A stretch of DNA of 64,000 bases from a virus, in the IMG/VR virus record IMGVR_UViG_3300033148_006102, positions 32,001 to 96,000 of that record. One strand, given 5' to 3'. Shown here in pieces: positions 51,609 to 57,839 of the stretch. The position numbers and the translations under genes were made by a program. The notes beneath the pieces were generated by a model that did no database searches, had not been told where the DNA came from, and saw only the letters and a program-made list of their open reading frames with translations. Positions within the stretch are counted from its first letter, which is position 1; each line of letters opens with the position of its first letter.

Positions 51609-51980
51609 GTGAAACGATATAAGCTGAACCTATCAACAAGATTAGTCGGCACGCTAAATATAGAAGCCGAATCAAAAGAAGAGGCCCTGGAAAAGGCAAA
51701 CGTACGAAGTGATAACAGTAATATCGAATGGTTGAATCACGACCAGGCAGCTGAGATCACCGGTGTTGACTGTCTGGGCGAGGCCACCATCCGCGAATAC
51801 ACCTTCACGGTTAAGCGACAGCTTCAAGGTCAATGTGAAGTAGAGGCGGCTAATGAAGACGAGGCCCGCCGAAAGCTCGACAGTATCATGGAGCATAGTG
51901 ATGGTGACATCGAATGGGATGATGATGGCTATGACATCGAAGATGTTGAAATTGAGGAATGGGAAGCTGACGAGGAGTAA
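51609..51980 (+). CDS. acidic protein with two DpnD/PcfM-like repeats
   Basis: LNIEAESKEEALEKA and CEVEAANEDEARRKL. Confidence 0.6.
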   Translation: MKRYKLNLSTRLVGTLNIEAESKEEALEKANVRSDNSNIEWLNHDQAAEITGVDCLGEATIREYTFTVKRQLQGQCEVEAANEDEARRKLDSIMEHSDGDIEWDDDGYDIEDVEIEEWEADEE

Positions 51981-51981
51981 A

Positions 51982-52479
51982 ATGTCGGCAAAATGTAAAA
52001 CACCAAACAAAATAGATCTCAAGAAGCTCGATCTTTATCGAGTCAAATTTGAATGGAATGGTGAGACAGTTTACGGTCTTGTCGATTTGTACGATAGAGA
52101 CTCTGATGAATACGCCGAACGTGGCTTAGTACTTGTGGATCATTGTGTGCTGAGGACACGATATGCGCTACCGCCAAGTAAACTGACACCAATGAAATGT
52201 TCTTTTGAACCTGATGATGAATTTGACCAATATGTTGAGCAGCAGGCCAAAGAGGCGCAAGAGCTCCATAAATCGCTGCCGAAGGACAAGCTCTGTGTTG
52301 GCCATATGTTTTCAATCGGTGTGGGCGATGGTTATGCGTCTTATGTGGTAACAAAGGTATTCAAGAAGAATTGCGATATTGAATGGCGCGGCTTCTGTGT
52401 GGATCGTTGGACGGACCATCACTTCGGATGGGGCGGCCGCTTCCCGATCGATGAGATCATGCGGTACGTGGGACCATAG
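51982..52479 (+). CDS. hypothetical protein
   Basis: GAGGAG before ATG. Confidence 0.65.
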   Translation: MSAKCKTPNKIDLKKLDLYRVKFEWNGETVYGLVDLYDRDSDEYAERGLVLVDHCVLRTRYALPPSKLTPMKCSFEPDDEFDQYVEQQAKEAQELHKSLPKDKLCVGHMFSIGVGDGYASYVVTKVFKKNCDIEWRGFCVDRWTDHHFGWGGRFPIDEIMRYVGP

Positions 52480-52487
52480 CTTTGACG

Positions 52488-52703
52488 ATGTACATACGCG
52501 AGTCCGCGGATGAATATAGGCCGATCTCAGATGAGGAATTCGATGAGATCAACCGCAAGTGTGATACTGTTTCAGGTGATGCAATTTGTGAAGTATGTGG
52601 AAAACCATATCGTGATCACCCTACGTTGAAGATATACCAGGATCGACACACAGCGTGGTGGTTTCCGAAGATCCTTTGCAACGGGCGCTATGGTCATACG
52701 TAG
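52488..52703 (+). CDS. small hypothetical protein with CEVC...H motif
   Basis: last base of stop is tRNA G1. Confidence 0.55.
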   Translation: MYIRESADEYRPISDEEFDEINRKCDTVSGDAICEVCGKPYRDHPTLKIYQDRHTAWWFPKILCNGRYGHT

Positions 52704-52789
52704 GAGGGTACCGCTGAAGTGGTCGGCAACCGGTCTTGAAAATCGGGGTGGTGTAACAGCCAGGGGTTCGAACCCTCTACCCTCCGCCA
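52703..52789 (+). tRNA. trnS: tRNA-Ser(UGA)
   Basis: CCGGT-CTTGAAA-ATCGG, long variable arm, G73, CCA end. Confidence 0.88.
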
Positions 52790-52896
52790 AATTACTACGC
52801 CCTCGGTGGCTAAATAGACCTCCGAGGGCGTAGCGAAAAGGCTCGACGCATTCTGGGAAGGTTTTTCAGATCTGTCAATTGCAATCTTTTGTACGG

Positions 52897-52969
52897 GGCC
52901 GCGATCCGCTGGGAGTGGGGTGCGTCTGCAAAACGCACAGATCAGGTTCGACTCCTGACGCGGCCTCCA
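52897..52969 (+). tRNA. trnC: tRNA-Cys(GCA)
   Basis: TGCGT-CTGCAAA-ACGCA, U73, CCA end. Confidence 0.88.
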
Positions 52970-53089
52970 TAATTTTTTACCTGCCTCCGCGTTTGTGGAG
53001 GCAGCTGTCGTTGCTGGTTATACTGATAAAGAGAGGCTGTCTAATTTGGGACTATCGCATAGTCCCAGGTCGGTTCGTGGAGCTAGCTC

Positions 53090-54595
53090 ATGACCATTCC
53101 CGCCAGACAACGAGATACGGTTTCACGTGAAAACCGGCTTGTAGATTTGCTCCAAAAGTACATCGCTACTCTGTCAACTTCAGACCAGACACTGGCGCGC
53201 GCAGATCTAGCGTCAATGGGTATTGAGATTGACAATTATGCTAAGGCCGGTGCGGCTTCTTTGGAAGCGTTGCGCAGTGGGCTTGGCTACGTCCAATCGC
53301 AATATGGTGCCGGGGAAGGCGAGTATGTCCCGCAGGTCAAATTGACCATTGAGTCATTTGTCGCGGATTTTGCTGCAGCCTTAGCGGAGCTGAACACTGC
53401 TATTGAGGAAGCACGGGCGATCAATCAATTTTCGATCGAGCTCATCCTGGAGCGTACAGATCCTTCAACCAGCACATGGTTCTATATGAAAGAAGCTGTA
53501 GCGGGTGATACGACGCTGAGCTTAGCTGGTTTTGAGAATGTGTTCATTTCATCCTACGACACGTTACGTGTTGCGTGCATGGAAATGAAGCTACATTTGA
53601 GCAAGAATATCCGACGACTCGTTATCACGGATGCCTATGTGGGCGCGTACGAGATTGAGCCGGTCGAAGATGATGGGACTGTATCAACCTGGGCGTATCC
53701 ACTAACGTTGGATCTCATAGGTGGTGCGCTATACGAGCGAGGCACAGCAGCGCCATTTACAGCCACACGTCTTCCGGTTGGTGCAGTTTATTCCCGGCGT
53801 GCACAGCTGTTTGCGCCGTTGTTAGGCTATCCGTTGGAATCTAGCGCGTTAACGTACAACACGCTTTATATGTTCGATGAGCTGAGTTGGGTTCTTGGAT
53901 CCACTCCGCAGAATGGACTCATCAAGCTTTTAGATGGCTATGATACAGAAGTAACTATTCGTCGGCCGTACATGCAAGGTAGCAGTGCAAACGCGGCGTT
54001 ATTTACGGTGGCACCAGGCGAAATTGGCTTCTTCCGGATGCTGTACGTGTACGACCACATATATCCACGAGGTGGTTTGCGGCCGCGCTATGTGCTGTTC
54101 GCCAGCGTAGATGGCGCTACGTACAACATTAATGAGGCGTTGTTTGCCGATACGCCAGACGTTTATAATCGTTCACTTGATGATCAGGTAAACGGTTGGT
54201 TCCCGCTTGATTCTACGAAGGCACCGCTAGCACATTATGGCCGTTGCACCTTGCGGAATATCGCGATCCAGACAGCAGATTGGAGTTACCTAAATGATTC
54301 GATCTATGTGGATGTGACAGAGTCGTTTGTGTTGGATAACGTGCGTCTTCATAAAGACGGGGATACTAATCCCATGTTCTCGATGCACAGCGATTGTACA
54401 GTGCATTTGACGAACTGCCATTTTGACGGCGCTATGGCATGGCCTATCATCGAAGAGAATGGTGGTACACCAACAGTAAATGTATTGGTTAATTCAAGCT
54501 TTATGGGAACTGGTTTCACCGAGTGGCTGAAGGGCCAAGGTGTGACAGCGAATGGCGCTGTCGGTCGTAACATTGAAAACGGGGCAGTAGTCTAA
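53090..54595 (+). CDS. probable virion protein, C-terminal beta-helix-like region
   Basis: 501-aa ORF upstream of structural block. Confidence 0.65.
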   Translation: MTIPARQRDTVSRENRLVDLLQKYIATLSTSDQTLARADLASMGIEIDNYAKAGAASLEALRSGLGYVQSQYGAGEGEYVPQVKLTIESFVADFAAALAELNTAIEEARAINQFSIELILERTDPSTSTWFYMKEAVAGDTTLSLAGFENVFISSYDTLRVACMEMKLHLSKNIRRLVITDAYVGAYEIEPVEDDGTVSTWAYPLTLDLIGGALYERGTAAPFTATRLPVGAVYSRRAQLFAPLLGYPLESSALTYNTLYMFDELSWVLGSTPQNGLIKLLDGYDTEVTIRRPYMQGSSANAALFTVAPGEIGFFRMLYVYDHIYPRGGLRPRYVLFASVDGATYNINEALFADTPDVYNRSLDDQVNGWFPLDSTKAPLAHYGRCTLRNIAIQTADWSYLNDSIYVDVTESFVLDNVRLHKDGDTNPMFSMHSDCTVHLTNCHFDGAMAWPIIEENGGTPTVNVLVNSSFMGTGFTEWLKGQGVTANGAVGRNIENGAVV

Positions 54596-54777
54596 TGTTT
54601 GTAGAAAATCTGGAAGCAATCAACGCGACCACGGTTAGAGCTACGTTTGATGATGCTTCAACCGTCGATGTCACCGTATCATATGCAAATCGCCAATTTA
54701 CTGTATCATCAGAGGGACTCACTGCTCCGCAGGAAGCTGCAATCAGAGCGTGGGTAGATGAATTCGGACCGCCGTAA
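54595..54777 (+). CDS. small hypothetical protein
   Basis: coupled TAATG overlaps on both sides. Confidence 0.6.
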   Translation: MFVENLEAINATTVRATFDDASTVDVTVSYANRQFTVSSEGLTAPQEAAIRAWVDEFGPP

Positions 54778-56270
54778 TGGTACAAGTGCCGGTACATCTG
54801 GAAGGCTCAGTAAAAGCTGCTAAGGTTAAGGCCGAGCTGCAGCCGTTGCAACGTAACGTTGTTGAGGCACTACGGCGTTCTCCAGGTTTGGTTGCGGCGT
54901 ACGGTACCGGTACAGGCAAGACGTTGGCCAGCATAGCAGCGGCGCATGAACTCGGTATGCCTATCGAAGCAATCGTGCCTGCTGCTCTTCAAGAGAACTA
55001 CGCCAAAGAAATCGCAAAGCATGTCGAAGGCGAGCAGCCGGCACGCATCCGATCGTATGAAAAGGCGACGAAAGATCAGACGATTGATCCGAATGCGTTA
55101 ATGGTGCTGGATGAGGCACATCGAATTCGAAACGCGATGTCTAGTCGTAGTGCGACGCTTCAGGGTCTTGCACCGCATGCACAGAAACGATTGGCATTGA
55201 CTGGTTCGCCAATTTACAACCGCCCAGCCGACATTGCTTCGCTGGTGAACTTTGCAGCCGGCAAAGAAGTTTTGCCATCGAATCCGAAGCAGTTCAAGAA
55301 GATGTTTATCGGCGAGCGGAAGCTGATGCCGAGTTTGTATGCGCAGCTACGCGGTGTACAGCCCGGTGTTGAAGAGTACGTGAAGGGTGATCCGTATCTT
55401 TACGAGCAGCTCAAGAAGTACGTGCTTTACAAGAAGGATCAAGGGAACGAGCACTTTCCGAAGCAGGATGACGAGGTCGTCAATGTTCCCATGTCGAAGG
55501 TACAGAATCGCGTATACCGTGGTTTGCTCAGACGGCTTCCTTTCTGGGCGCAATACAAGTTCAAGCGTGGATTGCCGCCGTCAAAACGTGAAGCACGTGA
55601 GCTCAATGCCTTCATGGGCGGTGTGCGGCAAGTATCGAATACGCCATCGGGTTTTTTACGTAAGCTTACGCCGGAGAAAGAGCGTGAGCATACACCGAAG
55701 ATCAACAAGGCGGTCGAGACGATTAGGAAGAATCTCAAGAAGAACCCGCGGCACCGGGCTGTGATCTTCACGAATTATTTACAGAGTGGTGTGGATCCGA
55801 TCGAGCGTCGTTTGCGTGAGGCTGGGATTCCTCATGCGGTATTCAAGGGTGGATTGAAGCCGGAAGAGCGTAAGCAGATCGTGCACGATTACAACACGGG
55901 CAAAACACCAGTATTAGCGATCACTTCGTCTGGGGCTGAGGGTTTGGATCTCAAAGGCACGCGAGCAGTTCACCTCATAGAGCCACACTTCAATGATGAA
56001 AAGATCCAGCAGGTAATTGGCCGCGCTCGCCGATACAAATCGCATGAGCACCTCCCGGAGGATGAACGGAAGGTTAAGGTTCTGCATTACGCAGCGCAGC
56101 CACGTGCTGGCCTGTTGAAACGCCTGTTTACCAAGCAGAAGCACGTGCCGGGTGTTGACGAGTACTTGATGGGCCTATCGCACAGAAAAGCACAACTGGG
56201 TAAGCAGTTGGAGCGAATGATGCAAATCGCGACGAAAGAACGACTTAGGGCGCCACACATGGCAGCCTGA
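54777..56270 (+). CDS. SF2 (SNF2 / poxvirus D6-D11-like) helicase
   Basis: GTGTGKT, LDEAH, LTGSP, SSGAEGLDLK, EPHFN...QVIGRARRYKSHEHLP. Confidence 0.88.
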   Translation: MVQVPVHLEGSVKAAKVKAELQPLQRNVVEALRRSPGLVAAYGTGTGKTLASIAAAHELGMPIEAIVPAALQENYAKEIAKHVEGEQPARIRSYEKATKDQTIDPNALMVLDEAHRIRNAMSSRSATLQGLAPHAQKRLALTGSPIYNRPADIASLVNFAAGKEVLPSNPKQFKKMFIGERKLMPSLYAQLRGVQPGVEEYVKGDPYLYEQLKKYVLYKKDQGNEHFPKQDDEVVNVPMSKVQNRVYRGLLRRLPFWAQYKFKRGLPPSKREARELNAFMGGVRQVSNTPSGFLRKLTPEKEREHTPKINKAVETIRKNLKKNPRHRAVIFTNYLQSGVDPIERRLREAGIPHAVFKGGLKPEERKQIVHDYNTGKTPVLAITSSGAEGLDLKGTRAVHLIEPHFNDEKIQQVIGRARRYKSHEHLPEDERKVKVLHYAAQPRAGLLKRLFTKQKHVPGVDEYLMGLSHRKAQLGKQLERMMQIATKERLRAPHMAA

Positions 56271-56288
56271 CATATCGTCATCTACATA

Positions 56289-56316
56289 TTGACATTGCTA
56301 TATTGACAGGTATCCT
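56289..56316 (+). promoter_or_regulatory. sigma70-like promoter
   Basis: TTGACA-N16-TATCCT before ORF 56337. Confidence 0.55.
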
Positions 56317-56336
56317 TTTGCGATGCGGAGACCCTG

Positions 56337-56936
56337 ATGGCAAAGATATATGTAGACACCGACGATGGCGGCCGGTCTGTTTACTACGTACGAGAAGACG
56401 ACTTAGTTTTTTGTCTGCGAACAATTGGGAAATTTGCTACGAGAGCGCCAGTAGAGACGATTCCCGCATCGTCGAAAGAAGTGCGATTTGCTGAGGCGCT
56501 CAGTCGTGTACGTAAACACTGGGACGAATTGACCCAGGAACTGCGGCCGGACGTATGTAGGCGCATCCAGGATACCTGGGGCCGCCAACCTGCGTGGTTT
56601 TTTGAGCAGGGAAATTCGCATTACCGGGCCGACATCAATAACGCCAACCAAGCTATTGACAGCATTCTCGCACGTCGGGATAAACAGTCCAGCCACCTCT
56701 TAGCAATTCAAGATACCGGTGCAAGAGCGCTCACCTTGGTCAGTAACTGGGCTAGGTTAACACAAAACGAAAAGAGCTCGCTTGCACGCCTCCATATTTT
56801 GTTGGAGGCCGCGGAAGAAAGATTAGGCAATCCCGTGGAAGGCGAGGATGCTGAGAAGTATATTGGCGAAGCTCTATTTGGGACACGTTTCAGAGATCTA
56901 CGTGAGATCGTAGATGAAGTATATGCGCGCTTGTAA
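56337..56936 (+). CDS. hypothetical protein
   Basis: GGGAG before ATG. Confidence 0.65.
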   Translation: MAKIYVDTDDGGRSVYYVREDDLVFCLRTIGKFATRAPVETIPASSKEVRFAEALSRVRKHWDELTQELRPDVCRRIQDTWGRQPAWFFEQGNSHYRADINNANQAIDSILARRDKQSSHLLAIQDTGARALTLVSNWARLTQNEKSSLARLHILLEAAEERLGNPVEGEDAEKYIGEALFGTRFRDLREIVDEVYARL

Positions 56937-57277
56937 TGGCTATGATGCTATTGCAAGGACGACGTATGCATTACCTCACGTGGGAACAAATTTCTGAGAA
57001 TGAATTCCTGGGAAAATGCCAGGAAGGCACTATTCAAGCGCGTCTGATCCGTCGTCGAAAGGGTTGGATGCTGGAGCTTCGCATACTAACAAATCACTGG
57101 TTGCAGGACCCCAGTGTATCGGCGAAACCCACGGACCTGCAAGACAGAGCGGATCGAATTATCCGCAATGGCGTGGCCCGATGGCTTCGGGTCTCGGAAG
57201 GAGTAGAAAATGCCAGAAGATGCAATTGCAGTAGAAATGCTAAGTACGCCCGCGCAGTTTGCAGCGAGGCCGAGTGA
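56936..57277 (+). CDS. hypothetical protein
   Basis: coupled TAATG start. Confidence 0.55.
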   Translation: MAMMLLQGRRMHYLTWEQISENEFLGKCQEGTIQARLIRRRKGWMLELRILTNHWLQDPSVSAKPTDLQDRADRIIRNGVARWLRVSEGVENARRCNCSRNAKYARAVCSEAE

Positions 57278-57827
57278 GAACCCGCATTACAAGTTTGGGT
57301 ACAACCAGCAGAAGGATATTCTCGCGTTACGCCAGAGGATCCTTGACAACATTGAGGAAGATCATGGGTCAGAGCCGCTGGTCTATTTGGACGGTATGCC
57401 GCCGCGGGAGTTCTGTGCAGCGAACTTTCAAATATTCCGCAAAGAGAATGTGGTGGTCACTCGCCCACGCGTCGATCGAAAGCCTAAACTGTTATATGGT
57501 TTCGGCTATCAGGAAACCGGGCGTAGTATTTACGGTCGCTTCGGACTGCCGAACAAAGACGATATCTTGGAGCTTGGCGGCAAGATCCAGGACATCATGG
57601 ATAAAATGGTAGAACCCGATAGTGAGTTGATCAGAAAGCTTGAGCTGAAGAGCGCCGTCGCAGGCACCACGCCTATGCTCGAGAAAGCTGATCCTGCACA
57701 GGTAGTACCAAATACAGGTGGAGTCATCCGAAAAGATTTTAGCGGTACCCAGATCTACCAACGTGTTGTGATTATACAGCGGGATCAAGAAGCGTCGCAC
57801 AATGAATGGTTCGCGGTACTTGTGTAG
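57210..57827 (+). CDS. probable virion structural protein
   Basis: AAGGAG upstream; precedes baseplate/tail block. Confidence 0.6.
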   Translation: MPEDAIAVEMLSTPAQFAARPSENPHYKFGYNQQKDILALRQRILDNIEEDHGSEPLVYLDGMPPREFCAANFQIFRKENVVVTRPRVDRKPKLLYGFGYQETGRSIYGRFGLPNKDDILELGGKIQDIMDKMVEPDSELIRKLELKSAVAGTTPMLEKADPAQVVPNTGGVIRKDFSGTQIYQRVVIIQRDQEASHNEWFAVLV

Positions 57828-57839
57828 GGATGATTACCT

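Larger units (their letters stand above)
2729..53068. repeat. dispersed 23-bp imperfect palindrome, 8 copies (2729, 5452, 11267, 15790, 29319, 33266, 42419, 53046)
   Basis: approximate consensus CTGGGA(T/C)TATG(G/C)CA(A/T)A(A/G)TC(C/A)CAG, read directly at each site. Confidence 0.8.

Noticed and set aside
52794-52833. 12-bp hairpin CTACGCCCTCGG/CCGAGGGCGTAG resembling a tRNA acceptor plus D-loop remnant
   Set aside because: No T-arm, anticodon, CCA or U-tract; cannot be distinguished from a generic stability hairpin.
33900-53000. RtcB/Pnkp ligase, SmpB, CCA-adding enzyme or aminoacyl-tRNA synthetase expected with such an island
   Set aside because: No ORF with their motifs was found in this window.
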